The notes: generated by a model from the letters alone, not told the origin. A DNA stretch of 49,269 nt from a virus (IMGVR_UViG_3300044711_000117:1-49269), one strand, 5' to 3'. Positions 8,625-17,269 are shown, numbered from the stretch's first letter. Numbers and translations are program-made.

Positions 8625-8941
8625 GTGCCTGCGGCCCACCTGACGGTTGGTCATCTACCCAGGGCCACGCATGCACATAACGTGTGTCCCCCGAACGAGT
8701 GATACCGCGGCAACAGCATTGACCCGCGAAGTGTTGCCTGAAGCGACCTGCACAACGTACCCCCGGCCCCAGTCGTGGCACCGGGGGGCACGCTCCGGCC
8801 GGGTGGGGCCGGATTCTCCCCCGCACCAGGGGTGCGTCTCCGCGGGGAGGTGGCTGGTGGTCCCGGCCGTCCGCACGGGGGTGACGGTCGGCCGGGACCA
8901 GGGGCCGCCGACGGCCAAGGGCCGTACCGCCGACGCCCGGC

Positions 8942-9208
8942 TCACAGGGACGGCAGCGTCCCGGGCGCACTGGGCGCCGAGTCCCGTCGCCCTATCCACG
9001 CGGGCCCCAGGTACGGCGCCAGCGCGGTGACGATCAGCTCCGCGGACGCCGGGGAGAGCCGCGGTACGTGAACCCGCGGATGCCCCGACTCGTCCGGCCG
9101 GGCCGTCAGCGTCGTCAACTCCGTCTCGGGGACTCCGACCGCGAGGAGCGCATCGTGCAGCAGCCGGGCCGCGGTGTGGCCGCGCTGCCAGTCCGGAGGG
9201 TCCTGCAT
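8942..9208 (-). CDS. Small hypothetical protein downstream of the XRE-helical regulator
   Basis: GGGAG RBS; palindrome CGCTCACA-N4-TGTGAGCG upstream (~9269-9288). Confidence 0.65.
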   Translation of the reverse strand: MQDPPDWQRGHTAARLLHDALLAVGVPETELTTLTARPDESGHPRVHVPRLSPASAELIVTALAPYLGPAWIGRRDSAPSAPGTLPSL

Positions 9209-9304
9209 GGGCTGCTCCCGTGGTGTCGATCAGGCTGTGTCCAGCGTGACCGGGCGCCACGGGCGGAACGCTCACAGTTTTGTGAGCGCCGCGTGAGTGT
9301 CGCT

Positions 9305-10489
9305 TTACAGGCCGATCCAGGCGGCCATGCCGCTGAGCGTCTCCGGTGCGCGTCGGGCGGCGTGGACAAGGCCGCTGATGGTCTCCCGGGCGCCCGGGTG
9401 ATACCGGGTCTGCTCGGGCGCGGCGCGCCGGGCTTCGACCAGGCTGGCGAGCGCTGCCTCGGTTCGGCCGGTCTCCATCTCGGAGCGGGCCCGGTCCACG
9501 TAGAAGTGCGCGCGCCTCGAGGTGGCTAGGCTCGCCGGCAGGTCGATGTCCCGGGCCTGCCTGAGCGCGTGGGCGTAGTGCCGCATTTCCACGGCCGTGC
9601 TCATGCGGTGCAGCGAGACGTTGGCCGGTCCGAAGGACAGCCAGTGCACGTCGGAGGCGTCGCCGGTCTGCTCGGCGAGCCCGGCGGCCTCGGCAAGGTG
9701 GGTGTCGGCGAGGTCGGCGTCCCGTGCGCGCGCGGCGATGACCGAGGCACCGAGGTGGAGCTGCCCTGTGACGGCGGTGGTGGCCCGGCCGTGCTCGGCC
9801 TGCTGCAGGATGCCGTGCCCAGAGTCGATGAGGCGAAGTCCGATGCCGTTGTCGCCCTCCCGGAAGTAGTTCAAGGCGCGCATGTACTGGCGGACGGCGG
9901 CGAGCAGCGGGTCGGAGGCGCGAGCCGCCGCCCACTCCATGCGGTCCAAGGCGACCGAGGACAGGTCGAAGTAGCCCAGCTTCACAGCGATGTCGTGCGC
10001 GCTGCGGTACGCCGACCCGAGGGCCTGCCACAGCTCCGTCGTGGGAGCCGTCCAGGCTGCCGTGGTCAGCTCCGCGATCACCCCCGGCAGGGCCACGGCC
10101 GCGTTCCGTAGGCGGGTGGCGCGCACCAGTCGGCACAGGTCATCGGCTGCGGCCACCAGCAGCCCGGCCGGCCGCACCACGAGGTCCGGGTCGGGGCCGA
10201 GGTCGTACAAGTCCATGGCCTCGCGGATGGGCCGCACGAGTTCGGCGAGGCGGTCCTTCTGGAGTTCAGTCACGTAGGGCTGTCCCGTCAGCACGGTGAC
10301 GTCGACCCGCAGGGCCCGGGCCACCGCGGCGATGAAGTCCACGGACGCCGGCCTGGCGCCGCACTCCACCTGGTTGAGGAGGCTGTAGGAGAAGGGGATG
10401 CGCGCGGCCAGTTCGCGCTGGGTCAGCCTGGCCAGCCTTCGCTGCTCGCGGATGCGGGTACCCGTGTGGTCGTCGTCGTATCTGGGCAT
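9305..10489 (-). CDS. XRE-HTH transcriptional regulator with C-terminal helical (TPR-like) domain
   Basis: N-terminal IREQRRLARLTQRELA...SLLNQVECG; Ala/Leu-rich helical repeats, SFGPANV and APEQTRYHP motifs. Confidence 0.9.
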   Translation of the reverse strand: MPRYDDDHTGTRIREQRRLARLTQRELAARIPFSYSLLNQVECGARPASVDFIAAVARALRVDVTVLTGQPYVTELQKDRLAELVRPIREAMDLYDLGPDPDLVVRPAGLLVAAADDLCRLVRATRLRNAAVALPGVIAELTTAAWTAPTTELWQALGSAYRSAHDIAVKLGYFDLSSVALDRMEWAAARASDPLLAAVRQYMRALNYFREGDNGIGLRLIDSGHGILQQAEHGRATTAVTGQLHLGASVIAARARDADLADTHLAEAAGLAEQTGDASDVHWLSFGPANVSLHRMSTAVEMRHYAHALRQARDIDLPASLATSRRAHFYVDRARSEMETGRTEAALASLVEARRAAPEQTRYHPGARETISGLVHAARRAPETLSGMAAWIGL

Positions 10490-10601
10490 ACTGGTCTCCG
10501 TTCCTGACCCGACATCAGGGACGGTACCCGCGCCGCCTCCTCGCTGATCCCGGCTTGGGGGCGGTTGCGGCGCCCATGGTGGTCACGGTTGGGTGGCGGC
10601 C

Positions 10602-11138
10602 ATGACGCGCACCCTGTATCTGTTCGGCTCCGCCGCCCCGCCCGTGTTCGACATCGCGGGCGTCATCGAGTCCGCCCAAGGGGACGGCTGGGACGTGTGC
10701 CTGGGGTTGACGCCGACCGCGGCCCGCTGGCTCGGCGAGTCCCTCGACGGCCTCGCGGCGCTCACGGGGCATCCGGTGCGGTCGGAGTACAAGATGCCTG
10801 GAGAGCCCGACGTGTGGCCGCCGGCCGACGTCATCGCCGTGGCGCCGATGACCTTCAACATGACGAATCAGTGGGCGCTCGGCATCACGGACAAGTTCGT
10901 CGTGGGTGTCGTCGCCGAGGGGATCGGGAAGCGGATCCCGACCATCGCGATGCCGTGTGTGAACGCGGCCTACGTGCAGCACCCGGGGTTTGAGCGGTCC
11001 GTGGAGACGCTGCGCGGAGCCGGGGTGCGGGTGCTGTACGGCGAGGGCGGGTTCGTGCCCAACCCACCCGGCAGCGGGAAACCGTCCGGCTACCCGTGGC
11101 ACCTCGTGTTGGGCGCGGCGGCCGAGGCGCTCAGGTAG
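10602..11138 (+). CDS. HFCD-family flavoprotein (PPC-DC/EpiD fold, non-canonical)
   Basis: TPTAARW, ADVIAVAPMTFNMTNQWALGITD and PCVN motifs of the flavoprotein family. Confidence 0.85.
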   Translation: MTRTLYLFGSAAPPVFDIAGVIESAQGDGWDVCLGLTPTAARWLGESLDGLAALTGHPVRSEYKMPGEPDVWPPADVIAVAPMTFNMTNQWALGITDKFVVGVVAEGIGKRIPTIAMPCVNAAYVQHPGFERSVETLRGAGVRVLYGEGGFVPNPPGSGKPSGYPWHLVLGAAAEALR

Positions 11139-11186
11139 CAACCTGCCGCGTATCGCCCTGTCACACCCCGCCCGTAGGCTTGCTGC

Positions 11187-11384
11187 ATGTCCTCGACCGA
11201 TGCCGCTGGTACGCCGCGCTCTCGTGCCGCCGCGGCTAATGCGGCGATCCGGCGGCTGTCCAAGGACCGGGTGCACTGGCCGCCCGAGGTGCTCGCCAAG
11301 CTCCACGGGCTCCAGGGCGAGTACCTCGACGCGCAGCGCGAGGAAGCCGCGCTCGGGCGGGAGGACGTCGCCGAGGTGGCGTGA
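11187..11384 (+). CDS. Small helical protein (65 aa)
   Basis: Follows the flavoprotein gene, precedes a terminator; possibly leaderless. Confidence 0.65.
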   Translation: MSSTDAAGTPRSRAAAANAAIRRLSKDRVHWPPEVLAKLHGLQGEYLDAQREEAALGREDVAEVA

Positions 11385-11418
11385 GGGGACTGCCGCCGCC
11401 GGTACACCTGCGGGCTGC

Positions 11419-11448
11419 ACGGCCCGTCGTCTACGGACGGCGGGCCGT
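11419..11448 (+). terminator. Hairpin terminator
   Basis: ACGGCCCGTCGTC...GACGGCGGGCCGT stem. Confidence 0.65.
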
Positions 11449-11510
11449 TCGCATGTCGCATGCCCGGGCACGGGCGTCAACTTCCCCCGGAAAACGTGCT
11501 ATTACCAGCG

Positions 11511-11544
11511 GTAGCCACGTATAATTTCCCTTATACAAGGCTGC
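11511..11544. other. loxP-like 13-8-13 recombination site GTAGCCACGTATA-ATTTCCCT-TATACAAGGCTGC
   Basis: 10/13 inverted arms with loxP-type inner GTATA/TATAC, asymmetric 8-bp spacer, AT-rich island upstream of the Cre-like operon. Confidence 0.75.
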
Positions 11545-11560
11545 TTTCGAGGGAGGAAAC

Positions 11561-11890
11561 ATGGGCGCTGAGCCCGCCGGGCAGTGGACGCTCACCATCA
11601 CCTGCCCGCGCCCGAAGAACCGAGCTGTCGATGACTTCCACGTCCGGCCGGACAAGGTGACCCGCGTGGGTGTCGAGTGGTTCGGCGAGGGTGCCGAGTT
11701 GACGCTCACTGCCCGGACCGTTCGCCTGACTCAGACCACCGACGCTCCGGTGCGCGATCTGACCATGTGGCAGCAGAAGTTGGCGACCGTCCTGTACTGC
11801 CTGATGCTCGACACCCACACCAACGGTGGCGCCTACCGACTTCCGCGCCCCGTGCGCACCGAGGTTCACGAGAAGGAGCGGGTGGCGTGA
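11561..11890 (+). CDS. Hypothetical protein coupled to the recombinase
   Basis: Strong GGAGG RBS; GTGA overlap with the recombinase start. Confidence 0.75.
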   Translation: MGAEPAGQWTLTITCPRPKNRAVDDFHVRPDKVTRVGVEWFGEGAELTLTARTVRLTQTTDAPVRDLTMWQQKLATVLYCLMLDTHTNGGAYRLPRPVRTEVHEKERVA

Positions 11891-13044
11891 CCGAGCCTGA
11901 AGAGGTGATCGAGGCGGAACTCGTTGACGACCACAACCTGCCCGCCATGATCCAACCTCAGGCCGCTCCTCAGCCGCTCGTTGACCGGCACACGATCCTG
12001 CGCCCCAATGCGCCGATCCCCACCACCGCGGACCTCCCGATGTACACCGAGGCGGACTTCCGGATCTCCGAGGAGACCGCCGAACTCCTCGACGCGGCCC
12101 CGCCCGAGAACACCAGCCGCACTTACAACTCGGCACGCCAGCAGTTCCGGACGTGGTGCGCCGAGCAGGGTCGTGTGCCCATGCCCTGCACCACCGCCAC
12201 GTTCGTCGAGTACGTCGGCCACCTCATCCGGCAGGACAAGTCCCCGTCGACCATCCAGGTCGCCATGTCTGCGATCCGCTCCGCCCACCCGGACGGACAA
12301 CAGCCAGGCATGAAGGAGGCCCGCGAAGCCCTCCGTAAGCACGCCCGAGGCTGGGCGCAGCGCCGCACTCCCAGGAAGGCCACCGGTATCCGCTCCGACG
12401 CGCTCACCGCCCTCGTCGCCACCTGTAACGGGGGACGGCCCAAGGACATCCGGGACGCCGCTCTCCTCACTCTCGGCTGGGGCATGTTGTCGCGGCGGTC
12501 GGAACTGGCGAACCTTCTCATCGAGCATCTCGCCGTCGAGGACGACGGCGTCACCGTGCGCGTTGCCTTCTCCAAGACCGACCAGGCCGCTAAGGGCGCC
12601 GAGACCTTCGTGCCAGCGGCCCCCGAGGAGCCCGACGTCTGCCCCGTCATCCGCATTCGGGCCTGGCTCGAGGAGCTCCGCCGCCGCGGCATCACCAACG
12701 GGCCGCTGTTCCGCGCCATCACCCGCGGCGGCACCATCCCCGCCCGGGCCGGGGCACGTGGCGGCTTCATGACGCCGGACGCCATCGGCGCCATCGTCAA
12801 GCGCCGTGCCGCCCTCGCCGGCCTGCCCGATCCAACCCGGGTCACCGCACACGGACTACGCCGCGGCCCCGCGCAGGAGATCGCCGAGGCTGGAGAGGAT
12901 CCCACCGCGCAGGGCCGCTGGAAGCCCGGCTCCCTCACCGTCCGGCGGTACTACGTGGAGCCTGCGCAGGGCAAGGCCAACAACCCGCTACGAGCCGTCC
13001 GCCGCAAGCGAGCCGAGCAGCGCCAAGACGGTGCCCCCGCATAG
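11887..13044 (+). CDS. Cre-like tyrosine recombinase
   Basis: NTSRTY N-terminal SAM-like domain, RDAALL, SRRSEL, SKTDQ, HGLRRG, QGRW (Trp as in Cre), RRYY. Confidence 0.92.
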   Translation: MTEPEEVIEAELVDDHNLPAMIQPQAAPQPLVDRHTILRPNAPIPTTADLPMYTEADFRISEETAELLDAAPPENTSRTYNSARQQFRTWCAEQGRVPMPCTTATFVEYVGHLIRQDKSPSTIQVAMSAIRSAHPDGQQPGMKEAREALRKHARGWAQRRTPRKATGIRSDALTALVATCNGGRPKDIRDAALLTLGWGMLSRRSELANLLIEHLAVEDDGVTVRVAFSKTDQAAKGAETFVPAAPEEPDVCPVIRIRAWLEELRRRGITNGPLFRAITRGGTIPARAGARGGFMTPDAIGAIVKRRAALAGLPDPTRVTAHGLRRGPAQEIAEAGEDPTAQGRWKPGSLTVRRYYVEPAQGKANNPLRAVRRKRAEQRQDGAPA

Positions 13045-13051
13045 GCAAGCT

Positions 13052-13080
13052 GCCCCTGCCGCGCAGATCTCGGCAGGGGC
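13052..13080 (+). terminator. Hairpin terminator after the recombinase
   Basis: GCCCCTGCCG-N9-CGGCAGGGGC perfect 10-bp stem. Confidence 0.75.
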
Positions 13081-13451
13081 GGTGTCTCCGGGGGCCTCAC
13101 CGCGTGGCGGCGGATCCAGTTGCCTGGCTCCGGCTTGTCCCGGCAGACGGGGCCCGGCGGCTGCGCGAGTGTCGGTCTGAGCCGACGCCGCCGGGCGCAA
13201 GGCGCCTACATTGGTCGGCCACGTCAGCGCCCGCAGGCAGTCTGGCACGGATGTCCCGGGTGGGAGCCCACCCAGGACGCCAGAAGTTCAACTAACTGGC
13301 CACAAGGTTGAACATCGGGCCCGGATCTTCAACTTACGTTGATGGCGGGCGCAAGAAGACCCCCGCCCAGCGAGGGGCGGGGGTGGTTTGCGCGGGCCCC
13401 GTGGGCCTTGGCCGGGCGTTGCCCGGCGCGGGCCGCGAAGGGCGGAGAGGC

Positions 13452-13646
13452 GTGACGCGCACAGTCCGCTACGCCGGCGGCCCCCTCGACGGGCAGGAGC
13501 TGGACGCCACCGACTGGTCGGACGAGGACCTCGCCGACGGCGGGTACGAGATCGTGCCCTGCTGGGGCCCGGAGCGCGCCGACTACGCACCAGACCCCGA
13601 CGGGGACCCGCTCATCTGGCGGTACCGCGGGCCCGTGGCGGGGTGA
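13452..13646 (+). CDS. Small acidic protein (YAGGPLDG...WRYRG)
   Basis: GGAGAGG RBS; GGPLDG motif common in small actinophage proteins. Confidence 0.7.
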   Translation: MTRTVRYAGGPLDGQELDATDWSDEDLADGGYEIVPCWGPERADYAPDPDGDPLIWRYRGPVAG

Positions 13647-13716
13647 CCGCCCCCGGGTGCACACCGGGGGCAGCCCAGGGTAGGGCTGTAGTCAGCACAG
13701 CGTCCGCCTCAGCACG

Positions 13717-14430
13717 CTACGCACGCACCGCTCGGATGAGTGTGGTCGCCATCGGCGGTTGCGTGTCCGTTCCTGGATCACGCAGGGCGTCGGTGGTCAG
13801 ATCGGTGAACCCTGCCTCAGCGAGGAGCTTCTCCCACACGGGCGTGTCCAGAACCCAGCGCCACATCGTGCTGCATGTGCCGTCGTCCAAGAGCACGGGG
13901 ATCGTGGCGGGCTGGACATCGCTCTCCGGGGGCTGGCCGCCCTTGTAGTGGGCGAGGGTCGACAGCAGGAAGGTGCCGCCGGGCCGCAGCGCGGTGGCAA
14001 CTGCTGGCAGCAGGGCGCGGGGGTCGGTGAAGTCACAGGCGCCGTAGTAGGAGTACGCCACGTCGAGGGAGCTCGGGGTGGCCTGCAGAGTGGTGACGGC
14101 ATCGGCGTGGATGAACTCCAGACCCGGGATATCGCCGAACAGGTCACGCCCTCGGGTGATCTGCGCGCTGGAGGTGTCGATGGCCAGGACCTGAGCCGCG
14201 CCGAGGACTTCGGCGACGTGAGCGGCCTGGCGGCCGGTGCCGGCCCCGAGGTCCGCGACAGTCCGGCTGGCGACATCGCCGAGGATCTCCGCGCCGGGCC
14301 CGAGGCGCTGGTACCAGTCCCAGTACAGGCGGCCTTCGGTGCCGCGGGCGCAGGCGTCGGCCGCGTGGATGCGGCCGTAGCGGGTCCAGGGATCGGCGGT
14401 GTCCGCCGTGGGAGAGGTCACCCGGCCCAT
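13717..14430 (-). CDS. Class I SAM-dependent methyltransferase
   Basis: VADLGAGTG motif I, LAIDTS, HADA, LRPGG. Confidence 0.9.
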   Translation of the reverse strand: MGRVTSPTADTADPWTRYGRIHAADACARGTEGRLYWDWYQRLGPGAEILGDVASRTVADLGAGTGRQAAHVAEVLGAAQVLAIDTSSAQITRGRDLFGDIPGLEFIHADAVTTLQATPSSLDVAYSYYGACDFTDPRALLPAVATALRPGGTFLLSTLAHYKGGQPPESDVQPATIPVLLDDGTCSTMWRWVLDTPVWEKLLAEAGFTDLTTDALRDPGTDTQPPMATTLIRAVRA

Positions 14431-14486
14431 CCTGTCGAGCCGCCGGCGCCCGCGTGGCCGACTCCGCGGAATGCACCTGAATGGGG

Positions 14487-14517
14487 GCGGCCCCCGCCCG
14501 AGATGGACGGGGGCCGC
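14487..14517 (-). terminator. Hairpin between the DUF1399-like gene and the methyltransferase
   Basis: GCGGCCCCCG...CGGGGGCCGC 10-bp stem. Confidence 0.6.
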
Positions 14518-14531
14518 AGGGGGCGGGTTGG

Positions 14532-15005
14532 TCAGTGGCCGTCCTCGCCGGGCCGGCACGGGGTGCAGTTAGTGCTGTCGGCCTCCCACAGCGGCCAGTC
14601 CACGGTGAAGCCGTGCCGGGCGAGCTGCTCGGCGGTCCTGGCCACGGACCCGTCCACCTTCATGGCGACGTCGGGCACGTGATGCAGGAAGTGGCCGTCG
14701 TTGTACTCCTGGCAGAACGCGGCGTACTCGACCGTGTCCAGGATCATGGTGTGCACACCGATGTCCACGATGGAGCCGGGGCCCAGGCCCAGACCCTGAC
14801 CGCGGCACTCCATCGCGGTGATCAGGTATGCGATGCCCTGGCCGAGGACACGCTCGGCCATCACGGTGTCGAAGGGGTAGTCCCGCATCAGCAGTCCGAC
14901 GAGCTTGGTCCACTGGTCGCGGGCGATGAAGGTACGCGGGTCACGGGCCGGCGCGAGCGGACCGGCCACGGCCGTATTGGTGGGACTTTCCAGGATCGCG
15001 GTCAC
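14532..15005 (-). CDS. DUF1399/GRDP-like protein with C-terminal CxxC tail
   Basis: PGSIVDIGVHTMILDT.EYAAFC...FLHHVP signature; ends NCTPCRPGEDGH; GGGAG RBS. Confidence 0.75.
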   Translation of the reverse strand: MTAILESPTNTAVAGPLAPARDPRTFIARDQWTKLVGLLMRDYPFDTVMAERVLGQGIAYLITAMECRGQGLGLGPGSIVDIGVHTMILDTVEYAAFCQEYNDGHFLHHVPDVAMKVDGSVARTAEQLARHGFTVDWPLWEADSTNCTPCRPGEDGH

Positions 15006-15190
15006 CAGGTGCTCCCTTCACGGGTCCCCGAGGGCTCGGGGCGCTGAGTCGAGTACGCCACCAACCCAGCAGGCGCGGTGATCAACTGCCGTGCCGTGCA
15101 CGGCGTTTGCAGATCCTGCACACGGCATCGACGGACCGCGCGGGCGCTACTACCGTCGGTAGACCGGCCCTTCGGCCCCGTGGAGACGCG

Positions 15191-16465
15191 ATGCGCGACG
15201 TCGATCCGCTGTGGAGCAGCTTGCAGGCCCGCGACTACATGGGCCGCCATCAGCCGGGCAGTCTCGTGCGCTTGGGCCGTCAGCGCCTCGGCTGGCGTCA
15301 GGCCGAGTTGGGGAGCCGAATCGGCTGCTCCGCTTCCACGGTATCGCGCCTGGAGACTGGCCCGGCAGGGGACCTGCGGTTACTCCAGCGGGCCGCCCAC
15401 GAGGTCGGCGTGCCAGACGTCGTTCTCGGTGCGGCACTCGGTCTGTCCGGCCCAGGCACCACTACAGTGGCGGCCAGTCGCCCGGAGGAGGACCCCATGC
15501 GCCGCCGCACGCTGCTCACCGCCACTGCGGTCGCCGGGCCCGCCGCTCTCCTGGCAGGCGTCGATGACGCCCTCGCCGCGACCCCGGCCCCGACCACGGC
15601 GGCCGGCCCGCTGGACGCTCGTTTGGCTGCCGCGCGCTCCCTGTACGACACCGGCGCCCATCGCCGGCTGCTGGCCGACCTGCCTGGTCTGATCGCCGAT
15701 GCGCACGCCGCGGTCACGACCCGTGCGCCGATGGACCAGGCCCGGCTGTCGGCCGTGTACAGCCTCGCCACCGCCGTGCTAAGCAAGCTCGGCTCGTACC
15801 AGCGGGCGCGACTGACCGCCGACCGGGCCCGCACGTGGGCCGAGGTCTCCGGCTCCCCACTCGCATCGGCCGCAGCGGCCCGCGAGTTGGCGATCGTGCT
15901 ACGCCATCAGGACCAGGGCGACGCCGCCCAACGTCTCATCGCCGCTGCCGCTGCCGATGTGGAGACCACCGGGCTACGCACAGACGCAGCCGCCTCGGCG
16001 TATGCGCAACTGCTGTGCACCACGGCGTACACCGCGGCGCAGTCCGGGAACCGCGGCGAGGCCCAGGCGATGATCCAGGATGCCGTGGCGGCGGCGCGGC
16101 GCCTGCCGTCCCAGCCACCGGCGGGGCGTCTGTTTCCGATCACGCCGGCTGCGGTCGACGCCTATGCGGTCAGCGTCCACTGGGCGCTCGGCGACTCGGG
16201 TACGGCGCTGGCCATCGGCAGCCGCCTGCCGCCCCAGCAGCTTGCCACGGCCGAGCGACGTGGGCGCTTCCACACGGACATGGCCCGCGCGTGGTGGCAG
16301 TGGGGTCGGCCGGCGCAGACCGCCGCTGCGCTGCTGGACGCCGCTCGCGTGTCGCCGTCCGAGGTGCGTGACCGGCCAGCGATCCGGCGGATCGTCACCG
16401 ACCTCCGTCGCTGTCATCCGCATACCGTGGGTGTGCGCGAGCTGGTTGCTACTGCCGGGGTGTGA
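15191..16465 (+). CDS. XRE-HTH regulator with C-terminal helical (TPR-like) domain; contains a TTA codon
   Basis: RQRLGWRQAELGSRIGCSASTVSRLETG HTH; internal MRRRTLL linker; ERRGRFHTDMARAWWQWG; GGAG RBS. Confidence 0.9.
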   Translation: MRDVDPLWSSLQARDYMGRHQPGSLVRLGRQRLGWRQAELGSRIGCSASTVSRLETGPAGDLRLLQRAAHEVGVPDVVLGAALGLSGPGTTTVAASRPEEDPMRRRTLLTATAVAGPAALLAGVDDALAATPAPTTAAGPLDARLAAARSLYDTGAHRRLLADLPGLIADAHAAVTTRAPMDQARLSAVYSLATAVLSKLGSYQRARLTADRARTWAEVSGSPLASAAAARELAIVLRHQDQGDAAQRLIAAAAADVETTGLRTDAAASAYAQLLCTTAYTAAQSGNRGEAQAMIQDAVAAARRLPSQPPAGRLFPITPAAVDAYAVSVHWALGDSGTALAIGSRLPPQQLATAERRGRFHTDMARAWWQWGRPAQTAAALLDAARVSPSEVRDRPAIRRIVTDLRRCHPHTVGVRELVATAGV

Positions 16466-16526
16466 CAGAGGCTGCCCATCCCGGCGCGCTGGGAGTACCG
16501 TCCGAGGCGGGGGGCACCCACGTTGA

Positions 16527-16553
16527 GGCCCGCCGTCCACGAGACGGCGGGCC
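16527..16553 (+). terminator. Hairpin terminator
   Basis: GGCCCGCCGTC-N5-GACGGCGGGCC perfect 11-bp stem. Confidence 0.75.
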
Positions 16554-16603
16554 GTTCGCATGCCCGGGGCGGCTCTGTCTGTCCTGGACCGTAGGCTGCG
16601 GCC

Positions 16604-16912
16604 ATGTCCGAGATCGAATACCCGCCCACCCTGATCGCCGCCCAGAAGGCCGTGGATGCGGCGTGGGCCGCGGTGGAGGAGCACCGCAAGGCCGTGGACG
16701 CGGACCGCCGGGCGACCGCCCAGCCGCCGGGTGAGCGGCATGAGCGGCCCGTCATGCGCCCCTGGACACCGGCGGAGGATGCGGAGCACGAGGAGCTGAT
16801 GGGTGCCGTCCGGCAGGCGCAGGAGAAGGTGGCGGCGGGCCTCGAGGCGGCCGGGCTGTCCCCGACCTACGACGTGGTGCAGGGGGTGAAGCGGGCGGCA
16901 CACGCAGCGTAG
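16604..16912 (+). CDS. Hypothetical helical protein
   Basis: Clean ORF with high GC3; possibly leaderless (TAGGCT just upstream). Confidence 0.75.
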   Translation: MSEIEYPPTLIAAQKAVDAAWAAVEEHRKAVDADRRATAQPPGERHERPVMRPWTPAEDAEHEELMGAVRQAQEKVAAGLEAAGLSPTYDVVQGVKRAAHAA

Positions 16913-16984
16913 TCCATCCTGGTTTGTGTGGAAAAGCTCCTCGATGGGCACGCGATGTGGGACGCCCCGAGAACGGAGCACATC

Positions 16985-17269
16985 ATGATTATTAAGAATC
17001 TGCACGACATGGGCATGCGCAGCGAACACGCCTACCTCGCCGCGTTCGCCTCCATCGGCATGGCCGTCCTGGCCTGGAACGCCAGTTTGCACGCCGAGGC
17101 CGGGGCCGATGTGGCCCGCGCCGATCGCTGGGGGATTTTCGTCGGCGAGTGGGCGCCCACCTTCTTCGGCCTCGGTCTCGCGCTCAGCCAGTTCGAGCAG
17201 CAGGACGGGACGCTCGAAGAAGGCGGAGTCCGCCCCCTGCGCGAGGCCAAGGAACAGAAGGCCGGCTGA
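16985..17269 (+). CDS. Small actinobacterial membrane protein (RADRWGIFVGEWAPTFFGLG)
   Basis: Two hydrophobic segments; GGAG RBS. Confidence 0.8.
   Translation: MIIKNLHDMGMRSEHAYLAAFASIGMAVLAWNASLHAEAGADVARADRWGIFVGEWAPTFFGLGLALSQFEQQDGTLEEGGVRPLREAKEQKAG

Noticed and set aside
8655-10136. 493-aa minus-strand ORF
   Set aside because: Arg/Pro-rich alternate frame overlapping the real regulator gene.
10602-11384. Lanthipeptide/linaridin cluster (LanD plus precursor)
   Set aside because: The 65-aa ORF has no Cys, and there are no dehydratase, cyclase or transporter genes.
13717-14430. DNA methyltransferase
   Set aside because: No DPPY/NPPY or PC catalytic motif; it looks like a small-molecule or protein methyltransferase.
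11436-16563. Shared GACGGCGGGCCGTTCGCATG at 11436 and 16543 as element ends
   Set aside because: Both copies are the 3' arm and tail of terminator hairpins; most simply a reused terminator.
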